From: Acidobacteriota bacterium
GTDB taxonomy: Bacteria > Acidobacteriota > Vicinamibacteria > Marinacidobacterales > Marinacidobacteraceae
Direction of reading: 5' to 3'
NCBI GenBank assembly: GCA_009835985.1
Contig: VXWI01000011.1
Span: 11,483 to 75,482, forward strand
DNA: 64,000 bases
The translations under genes and the position numbers were made by a program. Shown piece by piece: positions 17,974 through 26,580 of the stretch (its first letter is position 1; each line of letters starts with the position of its first letter). The notes under the pieces were generated by a model that saw only the letters and a program-made list of their open reading frames with translations, had not been told where the DNA came from and searched no databases.

Positions 17974-19530
17974 GTGCGGATTCAATACCATCCCGCGATG
18001 CTCGAAGCACTGTCCGACCTGCTGCGCCGGATGCCCCCGATCTTCGATACGACCGTGGGCCACCTGGTGATCGCGCTGGGCGTCCTGGTGGCCGCCTTCG
18101 GTTTCGCGCTGTTGGTGGTCATCCTACTCCGCCGGGTTCTCTTCCGGCTGGGTCTCAGGGAGCGGATCGCGTCGCGGGTCGCCGGCGGGGTGCGGCTGGC
18201 GCTCGGCCCCGAACGGGCCTCCCAGCAGGACGTCGACGCGATCGCGGGCCGGATCGTCTTCTGGGGGCTCCTGATCCTGGTCGTGGCGGGAGTCGCGTCG
18301 GTCGTGGACCTCTCCGCGGTCGGAGGCATCGGCGGAACGCTGCTGGGCCGGATCATGGGGATGGTCGCCCAGTTGGGACGGGCCCTCGTCCTGCTCCTCG
18401 CGGCCTGGTTCCTGGCCGCGGTGCTCCGCCGCGCGGTGCGGGTGTCCCTCGAGGCGGCCGGCGTGGACGAGCGGCTCGACCGGGGGACCGAGCGGCCGCC
18501 GGGGCGGATCTCGCACGCGGTTCCCGAGATCGTCTACTGGGTTGTCCTGCTCCTGTTCCTGCCGCCGATCCTGGCGGCGCTCGATCTCGAGGGCGTGCTG
18601 CTTCCGATCGAGACGGTGGTGAACCAGGTCATCACCTTCCTGCCGAATGTGCTCGGCGCCATCATCATCTTCCTCGTCGGGTGGTTCATCGCCCGGATCG
18701 CAAAGGCGGTGGTGACGAACCTGCTCGCCGCGGTGGGGCTCGACCGGGCGGCGGAACGGCTCGGTCTGCGGCGGATCCTGGGCTCGCGGACTCCGTCGGC
18801 GCTGCTCGGGGGGATCACCTACCTGTTGGTGCTGTTCCCGGTGATCCTGACCGGGCTCGACCGTTTGAGCCTCGACGTGATCACGCGGCCGGCGAGCGAC
18901 ATGCTCGGGCGGGTCTTCAGCGCGCTGCCGCTCCTGCTGGTCGCCGTGGCGCTCCTCCTCACCGCTTACGTGGTGGGACGCGTCATCGCGAACCTGACCC
19001 GCGACCTCCTGCGGCAGGCCGGCTTCGATCACGTCCTGACCCGGATCGGGCTGACCAGCACCGCGGCGGCCGACGACCACACCGCCTCGAACGTGGTGCG
19101 GGTGATCGTGCTCGCGCTCATCATGCTGTTCGCGAGCATCGAGGCGGCGAGCCTGGTGGGCTTCGACAACGCGGCGGGGCTGCTCACCCGGCTCCTCCAG
19201 TTCACCGGCCAGTTCCTCCTGGGCGTCGTGTTCCTCGGCTTCGGGGTCTTCCTCGCGAACCTGTCGGCGCGGGCCATCAGCGCCAGCCGGGTTCCGCAGG
19301 CCCGGCTCCTCGCGCTGGCGGCGCGGGTCGGCATCCTGCTGTTCACGGCCGCGGTGGGACTCCGCCAGATGGGCATCGCCAACGAGATCATCGAGCTGGC
19401 GTTCGGCATCGTGCTGGGCGCGGTGGCGGTCGCGTTCGCGGTGGCCTTCGGCCTCGGCGGCCGGGACGCCGCGGCCCGGCAGATCGAGCGGTGGCAGTCG
19501 CGGATTTCGGACGACGACCGAGATGGGTAG
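17974..19530 (+). CDS. Polytopic membrane protein with repeated conserved-TM-helix modules (mechanosensitive-channel-associated TM_helix-like)
   Basis: 518-aa ORF. Four or more repeated units have the pattern hydrophobic helix, LGR/LTR, helix. The C-terminus is acidic. The family assignment comes from recall of PF05552 and the start is uncertain. Confidence 0.5.
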   Translation: MRIQYHPAMLEALSDLLRRMPPIFDTTVGHLVIALGVLVAAFGFALLVVILLRRVLFRLGLRERIASRVAGGVRLALGPERASQQDVDAIAGRIVFWGLLILVVAGVASVVDLSAVGGIGGTLLGRIMGMVAQLGRALVLLLAAWFLAAVLRRAVRVSLEAAGVDERLDRGTERPPGRISHAVPEIVYWVVLLLFLPPILAALDLEGVLLPIETVVNQVITFLPNVLGAIIIFLVGWFIARIAKAVVTNLLAAVGLDRAAERLGLRRILGSRTPSALLGGITYLLVLFPVILTGLDRLSLDVITRPASDMLGRVFSALPLLLVAVALLLTAYVVGRVIANLTRDLLRQAGFDHVLTRIGLTSTAAADDHTASNVVRVIVLALIMLFASIEAASLVGFDNAAGLLTRLLQFTGQFLLGVVFLGFGVFLANLSARAISASRVPQARLLALAARVGILLFTAAVGLRQMGIANEIIELAFGIVLGAVAVAFAVAFGLGGRDAAARQIERWQSRISDDDRDG

Positions 19531-21583
19531 TCCGCCGGGGAGCTTTTCCTGGCGCGGCCGGGACATCCGCCGCGCCGCAGTCATCGGCTCGGGTCAGATC
19601 GGACCCGACATCGCGCTTCACCTGGTCAAGACCCTCTCTCCCCGTGGAGTGGAGACGGTGGTGCTGGACATCGCGCACGCCGCTCTCGAGTCCGGTCGCC
19701 GGAAGATGTTCGGGAAGATCGACAAGGGGGTCCGCTCGGGCGCGTTCCGTGATTCCCAGGCCGAGCGGATGCGCGGCTCCGTTCGGTTCACGGGCGACTA
19801 CGGTGAGCTCGCCGGGGTGGACCTGGTCATCGAGGCGGCCTCCGAGAACCTGGCCATCAAGCGTCGGATCTTCCGGTCGGTCGAGGAGCTGGCAGGTCCC
19901 GGGGCGGTGCTGCTGTCGAACTCCTCCCACATCGAGCCGGCGCGCATCTTCTCCGAGCTCGCCGAACCGGGCCGCGCGGCGGTCGCGCACTACTTCTTCC
20001 CGGCGGAGCGCAACCCGGTCGTGGAGATCGTCGCCGCCGAACCCGCCCGCGGCCTCGTGCCGTGGCTGCTCGGGTTCTACGAGGAGATCGGCAAGGTGCC
20101 GGTGGCCGTCGAGAGCCGGTTCGGGCACGCCCTGAATCCGATCTTCGAGGGGATGTTCCTCGCGGCGGCGCTTGCGGTCGAAGAGGGGCTCGGGACCTCG
20201 AAGGAGGTGGACGACGTCGCCCGCCGGGCGCTCCGCCTCGGGATCGGACCGTTCACCGCCATGAACCTCACCGGCGGCAACCCGATCACCTACGAGGGGT
20301 TCTCCGAGATGCACGCGCGTCTCCACCCCTGGTTCCGAGTCCCGCGGCTGCTCGAGGAGGCGGTGGCGGAGGAGGGTCCCACCGGACGGGTGTGGGACGT
20401 GCCCGGCCGCGGTGAAGAGGTCGCCGTTCCGGAAGGGCGCCGGAAACGCATCGAGGAAAGGATCACCGCCGCGTATCTGGGACTGGCCGCCTGGACCGCC
20501 GCGGAGGGAGCGATCTCGGTGCCGGACCTGGACATGTCCTGCCACCTCGCCCTCGCGGTCGTGCACCCCTTCGGGCTCATGCGGAAGCTGGGAGCCACCC
20601 GGGTTTCGGAACTCCTCGCCTCCTACCGGGAGCGGGAGCCGGACTTCTTCGACCCGGCCGGGTTCGCCGGGCGGCTCCCCGAATGGACGTCCCGGCCGGT
20701 CGTCCGGGTAGGCCGGCGCGACGTTGCCGCGGCGGCGGGCGCGGTGGCGGTGCTGACCATCCGCCGGCCCGAGGTGCTCGGCGCGCTGGACGAGGAGGTC
20801 TTCCGGGAATTGGACGCCCACCTCGCCGACGTGGCGGCGGACAACCGGATCCTCGGGATGGTGATCACCGGCTTCGGGGTGAAGGCGTTCGTCTCGGGCG
20901 CCGACGTGCGGACGCTGGCCCGGATCGGCAGCCCGGAAGACGGAGAGCGGCTGTCCCGCGCCTCGCACGAGGTGCTGAACCGGATCGCGGCACTCCCGAA
21001 GCCCGTCGTCTGCGCCCTGAACGGGATGGCGGTCGGCGGCGGCAACGAGCTTGCCATGGCCTGCCATGCCCGCATCGGCCGGGAGGGACTCCGGGTGCTC
21101 GCGATGCAGCCGGAGCCGAACCTGGGCATCATCCCGGGCGCCGGCGGCACCCAGCGGCTGCCCCGCCTCATCGGCGTGGAGGCCGCCTGGGAGATCCTAC
21201 GGACCGGACGGCCGGTCTCGGCGGGGGAGGCGCTCGAACTCGGGCTCGTCAGCGAGCTGGTCCCGGGCGAGCGCCTGAGGGAGCGGGCGGTCGAGGTGGT
21301 CGCCGAGGCCGCACGGGGTGAACGCGTTCTGCCGGCGATGCCTTCCGGACCGATCCCCGCGCCGGAGACGTGTCCGGACGTGGACCTCGGCCACCTCTCC
21401 CGCGCCGTGGACGGCTTCATCCGGCGGGCGGTCCGCGAGGGGGCCGCGATGGATCTCGCTGACGGACTGGAGCACGAGATACGGCTCTTCGGCGAGGGCT
21501 GCGCGCTCGAGGACATGCGGATCGGGGTCCGGAACTTCATCGACAACGGCCCCCGGACCCCGGCAACCTTCGTCCATCGCTGA
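19523..21583 (+). CDS. Fused 3-hydroxyacyl-CoA dehydrogenase (N-terminal) / enoyl-CoA hydratase (C-terminal) protein
   Basis: 686-aa ORF. The N-terminal Rossmann motif is AAVIGSGQIGPDIA. The C-terminal crotonase motif is KPVVCALNGMAVGGGNELAMACH. Confidence 0.85.
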   Translation: MGSPPGSFSWRGRDIRRAAVIGSGQIGPDIALHLVKTLSPRGVETVVLDIAHAALESGRRKMFGKIDKGVRSGAFRDSQAERMRGSVRFTGDYGELAGVDLVIEAASENLAIKRRIFRSVEELAGPGAVLLSNSSHIEPARIFSELAEPGRAAVAHYFFPAERNPVVEIVAAEPARGLVPWLLGFYEEIGKVPVAVESRFGHALNPIFEGMFLAAALAVEEGLGTSKEVDDVARRALRLGIGPFTAMNLTGGNPITYEGFSEMHARLHPWFRVPRLLEEAVAEEGPTGRVWDVPGRGEEVAVPEGRRKRIEERITAAYLGLAAWTAAEGAISVPDLDMSCHLALAVVHPFGLMRKLGATRVSELLASYREREPDFFDPAGFAGRLPEWTSRPVVRVGRRDVAAAAGAVAVLTIRRPEVLGALDEEVFRELDAHLADVAADNRILGMVITGFGVKAFVSGADVRTLARIGSPEDGERLSRASHEVLNRIAALPKPVVCALNGMAVGGGNELAMACHARIGREGLRVLAMQPEPNLGIIPGAGGTQRLPRLIGVEAAWEILRTGRPVSAGEALELGLVSELVPGERLRERAVEVVAEAARGERVLPAMPSGPIPAPETCPDVDLGHLSRAVDGFIRRAVREGAAMDLADGLEHEIRLFGEGCALEDMRIGVRNFIDNGPRTPATFVHR

Positions 21584-21585
21584 TC

Positions 21586-21640
21586 GGAGCGCCGGCCTCC
21601 GGCCGGCATCGCGGCCAACGGCCGCGAAACGCGCGTTGCC
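21586..21640 (+). repeat. REP/MITE-like palindromic extragenic repeat, copy (type A)
   Basis: GGAGCGCCGGCCTCCGGCCGGCATCGCGGCCAACGGCCGCGAAACGCGCGTTGCC lies immediately 3' of the HAD/ECH fusion gene. The core is an imperfect palindrome, GCCGGCC-TCC-GGCCGGC. Confidence 0.6.
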
Positions 21641-21658
21641 CAGCCCCGGCGTCTCCTC

Positions 21659-22582
21659 CTACTTCCCCAGTCCGTCCCAGATCTCGTTCATGCCGAGCTG
21701 GTAGGCGAGCTGGCGTAGCGAGTCCGTTGTCTTCAGGTCGAGGAGGATTCCTCTGGCGCGACGCTGTTCTTCGACGGCGGCGGCTTCCTGCCCCGGATAG
21801 TCGATCCGGGCGCGCCGCAGTTGAGATAGCCGCTCCACCATCCGGTTGCGGAAGCCGGCCCAGGGAGCGAACGCCCGGATCCGAAAGGCGAGGAACAACT
21901 GCCCGGTCCCACCGTGCACGGGTTCGGGCCGGGGCTCCGCGGTGAATTCCGCCGGGAGCGCGGCACCTCCAAGACTCACCAGGAACTCGAGCGCCAACGC
22001 GAGCGCCAGATCCCGGTCGCCGCCATCGGCGAAACGAAGATTCAGGACGAGCGGCGCGGCGGTTTCCGCGGTCGGAACCGCGATGCCGAGGGCCACCGGG
22101 TGGGCAGCGGCGGGAGGGGCGCCGGGCTCGGGGTGCTTCGGATCGCCGGCGATCGCGATGCCGGCCATCTGGTGGGGGAGCGCCAGAGCGGCCGCGTATC
22201 CCGCCGAGCCCAGACGGTTGCCGCGACGCACCGCAGTGCTGCCGACGCCGTGCCGGTTCGCGCCGCCGATGGCCTCGGTCATCGCCCGGCGGCCGACGGC
22301 GGGCCCCGGTCCGTTGTCGCCGTCGAGTACCGCCGTCCCGCCCGAGGAGGCCACCAGCTTCATCTCCGGCGCGGTTTTCACGTGCCGGGTGGAGAGCTTC
22401 CCGGCCAGATCGGGCAGCCAGGCGACCCCGTCGGCGTCGTCGCCCGCGAGACTGGCCGCCACCATCGCATCCGCCGTCTGCGACGCCAGTTCGGGCGCTA
22501 GACGAACGCGCTTCAGCGCTTCCCGGACGAAGAAATGGAGCTGCCCGTGCCGGACCCGGAGTGGCAGTCCTTCGCCGCTCAC
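21659..22582 (-). CDS. Ldh_2 family (malate/L-lactate/L-sulfolactate dehydrogenase-like) oxidoreductase
   Basis: This is the C-terminal part of the long ORF 21659..23698. It contains GDDADGVAWLPDLAGKL and RHGVGSTAVRRGNRLGSAGYAA...MAGIAIAGDPKHPEPGAPPAAAHPVALGIAVP, the conserved Ldh_2 core. A GTG start overlaps the NSS stop (GTGA). The start is uncertain. Confidence 0.55.
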   Translation of the reverse strand: MSGEGLPLRVRHGQLHFFVREALKRVRLAPELASQTADAMVAASLAGDDADGVAWLPDLAGKLSTRHVKTAPEMKLVASSGGTAVLDGDNGPGPAVGRRAMTEAIGGANRHGVGSTAVRRGNRLGSAGYAAALALPHQMAGIAIAGDPKHPEPGAPPAAAHPVALGIAVPTAETAAPLVLNLRFADGGDRDLALALALEFLVSLGGAALPAEFTAEPRPEPVHGGTGQLFLAFRIRAFAPWAGFRNRMVERLSQLRRARIDYPGQEAAAVEEQRRARGILLDLKTTDSLRQLAYQLGMNEIWDGLGK

Positions 22583-23880
22583 GAGAAGAGCTCCCGCAGC
22601 GTCCCGCTCCAGCCCCAGAACAGGACGACCACGATGGCCGCGGGGATGACCCAGCGGATCCAGAAGAGCCAGAGCCCGCCGAGCGGTTTCGCCGAGCCCC
22701 GGCTCGCCTCGGCGAGCGCCCGGCCCCGGGAGACGAAGAACCCGAGGCCGATCAGGGTGAGCGCCGAGCCGATGGGCTGCATGGTCGAGCCCCAGATCAG
22801 GTCGCTCCAGCCCAGGTAGTCGGAACTCACCATTGAAGGCAGCGCCAGCGGAATCTGGAGGGCGACCGCGACCCCCACCACCGTCCGCCGGCTCCAGCCG
22901 GTCCACGGGACCGCCGAGTTGACGATGACCTCGAGGGCGGCGAGGGCCGAAAGGAAGGCGGCCAGGAAGAGGGCCAGGAAGAAGACCGGGCCGAAGAACT
23001 CGCCGCCGGGCATCGCGGCGAAGACGCGGGGCAGGGTGAAGAAGACGAGCGGCGGGCCCGAGGCCGGCTCCACGCCGAGGGCGAAGGCCGCCGGCAGCAC
23101 CGCGAGCCCGCCCAGGATGGCCGCGCCCGAATCTCCGAAGATCGTGGTGCCGGACAAGCGGCGCAGGTTGGCGTTCGAGGGCAGGTAGCTGCCGTAGGCG
23201 AGGAAGAAGGTCCCGCCGAGCGAGAGGCTGAAGAACGCCTGCCCGAGGGCGGCCAGGAATGTCTCGGCGCTCACGCTTCCGAGATCGGGCCAGAGGAGGT
23301 AGCGAACGCCCTCGGAAGCGCCCGGCAGCGTGACCGACCGGACGGCGACGATGACCAGGCCGATCGCGACGAGCGGCATGGCGATTCGGGACAGGCGCTC
23401 GACGCCGCGCCGCACGCCGAATGCGGCCACCAGACCCATCGCCCCGAAGACGAGCACGGTGAGGCTGAGATTCAGCCCCGTCATGCCACCGAAGTTCCGG
23501 GCGTAGAACGCCTCGGGCTCCACCACCACGCCCCCGAGCGCGGCGTAGAAGAGGACCTGGGCCACCACCACCGTGTAGTACGAGCAGGCCATGAACACGG
23601 TCAGGAAGAGCAGGCCGCCGATGAAGCGGCCGCCGGGCATCCCGATGCTGGTGAAGGCGCCGCCGGGGCCCGCGCGGGTCAGCCGTCCCAGGCTCCACTC
23701 GGCGATCAGCGCCGGGGCGCCGAGCAGCAGGACGAAGGCGACGTAGATGGCGACGAAGGCCCCACCGCCGTACTGCCCCGCCATATAGGGGAAGCGCCAG
23801 ACGTTCGCGAGGCCGACCGCGACCCCGATAAGCGTCATCGCGGTCCCGAAGCGGGTCCCGAAGCGCTCGCTAACGCTCAT
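22579..23880 (-). CDS. Sodium-dependent transporter, neurotransmitter:sodium symporter (NSS/SNF) family
   Basis: 433-aa ORF with the NSS signature GLANVWRFPY and 11-12 hydrophobic helices. Confidence 0.85.
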   Translation of the reverse strand: MSVSERFGTRFGTAMTLIGVAVGLANVWRFPYMAGQYGGGAFVAIYVAFVLLLGAPALIAEWSLGRLTRAGPGGAFTSIGMPGGRFIGGLLFLTVFMACSYYTVVVAQVLFYAALGGVVVEPEAFYARNFGGMTGLNLSLTVLVFGAMGLVAAFGVRRGVERLSRIAMPLVAIGLVIVAVRSVTLPGASEGVRYLLWPDLGSVSAETFLAALGQAFFSLSLGGTFFLAYGSYLPSNANLRRLSGTTIFGDSGAAILGGLAVLPAAFALGVEPASGPPLVFFTLPRVFAAMPGGEFFGPVFFLALFLAAFLSALAALEVIVNSAVPWTGWSRRTVVGVAVALQIPLALPSMVSSDYLGWSDLIWGSTMQPIGSALTLIGLGFFVSRGRALAEASRGSAKPLGGLWLFWIRWVIPAAIVVVLFWGWSGTLRELFS

Positions 23881-23890
23881 CGGTCGTTCC

Positions 23891-24613
23891 CTACGGGAGA
23901 TAGTCGCGGGCGTTCAGGGCCTGCCCGGTGATACCTGCCGATTCCGGAGAGGCGAGGTGGACGAAGACCTCCGCGATCTCCTCGGGGGTCGGCAGCGTGA
24001 GCGGGTCTTCGGCCGGATAGGCGGCGGCCCGCATCGGGGTGCGGGTCGCTCCCGGATTGACGCTGTTCACCCGGACCCCGGTGTCCGCAAGTTCCGCGGC
24101 GAGCGTCTGCGTGAACCCCTCGAGACCGAACTTGGACACCGCGTAGGGCCCCCAGTTGGGCTTGCCGATGCGCCCGACGGTCGAGCTGACATTGATGATG
24201 GAGGCGGTCTCCCGCTCGAGGAAGGCTGGAAGGAGCGGCTTCGTCACGTAGAGGAGGCCCGCCGTGTTGATCCGCAGCGTCTCCGCCCAGACCTCCGGAT
24301 CCTGCTCGATGATGGGCGCCCGCACTCCCAGGACCGAGGCGTTGTTCACCAGCACCGAGAGGTCGGGGAAACGGCCGAGCGCGGCGCGCGTCATCGCTGC
24401 CGCGGAGCCCGGGTTCCCCACGTCCGACGCGGCGTACCCGGTCCGCCCCGGGTGAGCCGCTTCGAGTTCGCCGGCGGTCTCCCGGAGGCGCTCCTCGCCG
24501 CGCGCCGTGAGGAACACCCGCGCTCCTTCCCGCAGGAAGACCCTGGCGAGGCCGCGCCCGATCCCGGAAGAGGCGCCCGTGATGAGCGCCGCGACGCCGT
24601 CGAGCCGTCTCAC
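23891..24613 (-). CDS. Short-chain dehydrogenase/reductase (SDR)
   Basis: A GTG start gives VRRLDGVAALITGASSGIGRGLA (TGxxxGIG). The catalytic region is YAVSKFG-like (GPYAVSKFGLEG). The GTG overlaps the ccmD stop (GTGA). Confidence 0.75.
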   Translation of the reverse strand: MRRLDGVAALITGASSGIGRGLARVFLREGARVFLTARGEERLRETAGELEAAHPGRTGYAASDVGNPGSAAAMTRAALGRFPDLSVLVNNASVLGVRAPIIEQDPEVWAETLRINTAGLLYVTKPLLPAFLERETASIINVSSTVGRIGKPNWGPYAVSKFGLEGFTQTLAAELADTGVRVNSVNPGATRTPMRAAAYPAEDPLTLPTPEEIAEVFVHLASPESAGITGQALNARDYLP

Positions 24614-24753
24614 GGGTCGCTTGCTCGGGCTTCGTTGGCCGCGAGACGGGCGCGTTCGCGCCGGAGCCTGCGTTCGAGCAGCCCGAGCCGGACCACGTAC
24701 GCCCCGAGCAGCACGAAGAAGGCGGTGTAGCCCGCGGACAGCCAATCGTTCAT
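24610..24753 (-). CDS. ccmD: Heme exporter protein D (CcmD)-like small membrane protein
   Basis: The 47-aa MNDWLSAGYTAFFVLLGAYVVRLGLLERRLRRERARLAANEARASDP is the C-terminal end of the spurious ORF 24610..26358. Its ATG overlaps the ccmC stop (ATGA). Confidence 0.55.
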   Translation of the reverse strand: MNDWLSAGYTAFFVLLGAYVVRLGLLERRLRRERARLAANEARASDP

Positions 24754-25484
24754 GCCGCCTCCGCGAGCCGGCGCTGGCGAAGCGCTTCGACCGAACGGGC
24801 TTCCCGCTCCAGCTCCATCCGCCACTGGAAGAGCCAGACGAAAAGGAAGGTGAAGGCGGCGAGGCAGAGAAGCAGCGCGACCCACATGTCGGGGTGGAGC
24901 CCCGAGTCCGGCCCGCCCATGATCACGGGCGCCGGATGCTGGGTGCGCCACCAGCGGATCGAGAAGTAGACGATCGGGACGTCCGCGCCGCCCAAGATGC
25001 CGAGGACCGCTGCCAGGTTCGCCCGCCGGGTGGGGTCGTCCACGTAGCCCCGGAGCAGGAGGTAGCCGACGTAGATCAGCCAGAGAACGAAGGCCGTGGT
25101 CAGCCGCGCGTCCCAGGTCCACCAGATCCCCCACGCCGGCTTGGCCCAGATGATCCCCATCGCGAGTCCGGTGGTGGCGAAGAGCGTGCCGATCTCGGCG
25201 CTGGCGAGCGCCGCCATGTCGTAGCGCGGATTGCGGGTGCGAAGCCAGGCGATGCTTGCCCCGGCGACGAGCAGGAAAGCGGCGAAGGCGAGCCACCACG
25301 ACGCAATATGGAAGTAGAAGAGCCGCTGCAGGTCGCCCATCGTGAGCTCGGTGGGCGCATAGAAGAAGACCGCCCAGAGGGACACCACGAGGCCCAGGGC
25401 GGCCGGCGCCGCCCACCACCCGCCACGCTGCGGCGCGCCACCGTTCCTGACTCCCGGGCCGTTGCCGGGTGTTTCGCTGCTCAT
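24750..25484 (-). CDS. ccmC: Heme exporter protein C (CcmC), WWD-domain cytochrome c biogenesis protein
   Basis: 244-aa ORF with the Trp-rich WWD motif WAKPAWGIWWTWDARLTTAF and 6 TM helices. Confidence 0.8.
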   Translation of the reverse strand: MSSETPGNGPGVRNGGAPQRGGWWAAPAALGLVVSLWAVFFYAPTELTMGDLQRLFYFHIASWWLAFAAFLLVAGASIAWLRTRNPRYDMAALASAEIGTLFATTGLAMGIIWAKPAWGIWWTWDARLTTAFVLWLIYVGYLLLRGYVDDPTRRANLAAVLGILGGADVPIVYFSIRWWRTQHPAPVIMGGPDSGLHPDMWVALLLCLAAFTFLFVWLFQWRMELEREARSVEALRQRRLAEAA

Positions 25485-25530
25485 TCTCTCGGTTGGAATC
25501 GGCTCGGCCCGCCAGGACTATACTCGGCGA

Positions 25531-26370
25531 ATGCGTTCGTTTCCCTTCATTCCGCGCTCTGCCGTGCTGCTCCTGGCCGTGGCTTTGGTGGCCGCCGGGT
25601 CGGCTATCGCCCAGGAACTCCCCGGTTCCGCCGACACCGCCCGCGACCGGCTGAACACCTCCCCCCGCCACGGCGAGTGGGTCTCGGTGCCGGCGCCGGG
25701 CGGTGACGTCGTCGAGTCCTGGATCGTCTATCCCGAACGTTCGGACCCGGCCCCGGTGGTGGTGGTCATCCACGAGATCTTCGGGCTCACCGACTGGATT
25801 CGGGCGGTGGCGGACGAAATGGCCTCCCAGGGTTTCGTCGCGATCGCGCCCGACCTGTTGACCGGCAAGGGGCCGGACGGGGGACGGACCGATTCGGTGG
25901 ACAACGACGGGGCGCGGGCGCTGATCCGGGAACTCGACCGCGACGAGGTTCACACCCGGCTGAAGGCGGTGGCGGACTGGGCCACCGCGCTTCCCGCCGC
26001 CCGCGATTCCTACGGGGTGGTGGGCTTTTGCTGGGGCGGGCGCACGAGCTTCACCTTCGCCACCCACGATCCGGAGCTCGGCGCCGCGATCGTGTACTAC
26101 GGGACCTCCCCGGACAATGAGGCGCTCGCTTCCGTCGAGGCGCCCGTGCTCGGGCTCTACGGCGAGGACGACGCGCGCGTGAACGAGACGATTCCGCCGG
26201 CGCAGGAACGGATGGAGGAACTCGGGAAGCACTTCCAGGTCGAGATCTTCGACGGCGCGGGGCACGGGTTCCTGCGCGCCCAGGACGGCCGCGAGGGACG
26301 GAACCTGACGGCGTCCTCGCAGGCCTGGCCGATGACGGTCCGGTTCTTCCGGGAACATCTGGGTTCCTGA
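25531..26370 (+). CDS. Dienelactone hydrolase family protein, secreted
   Basis: An internal ATG gives the signal peptide MRSFPFIPRSAVLLLAVALVAAGSAIAQ. The alpha/beta hydrolase nucleophile motif is GVVGFCWGG, and the His region is GAGHGF. Confidence 0.8.
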   Translation: MRSFPFIPRSAVLLLAVALVAAGSAIAQELPGSADTARDRLNTSPRHGEWVSVPAPGGDVVESWIVYPERSDPAPVVVVIHEIFGLTDWIRAVADEMASQGFVAIAPDLLTGKGPDGGRTDSVDNDGARALIRELDRDEVHTRLKAVADWATALPAARDSYGVVGFCWGGRTSFTFATHDPELGAAIVYYGTSPDNEALASVEAPVLGLYGEDDARVNETIPPAQERMEELGKHFQVEIFDGAGHGFLRAQDGREGRNLTASSQAWPMTVRFFREHLGS

Positions 26371-26413
26371 AGGCTGTTGCCGCGCCCGCCCAGCGGACCA
26401 GCGTGAACGCCTC

Positions 26414-26510
26414 GGAGCGCCGGCCTCTGGCCGGCATCGCCCCAGTCCTCCCGGTGGGGGCGCGCAGCGAGGCGAAACCGCACTCCCGCGACGCGTTCTG
26501 ACGGCGCGTA
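26414..26510 (+). repeat. REP/MITE-like repeat copy (type B variant with CCAGTCCTCCCGGTGGGG insert)
   Basis: GGAGCGCCGGCCTCTGGCCGGCATCGCCCCAGTCCTCCCGGTGGGGGCGCGCAGCGAGGCGAAACCGCAC. Confidence 0.5.
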
Positions 26511-26520
26511 CGTAACCAGG

Positions 26521-26580
26521 GACGGCGCCGGCTTCCGGCCGGCATCGCCGGCCGCGGGGCGGCGAAACGCCCTTACGGGT
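26521..26580 (+). repeat. REP/MITE-like repeat copy (type A)
   Basis: GACGGCGCCGGCTTCCGGCCGGCATCGCCGGCCGCGGGGCGGCGAAACGCCCTTACGGG abuts the stop of the GWxTD-like gene. Confidence 0.6.
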
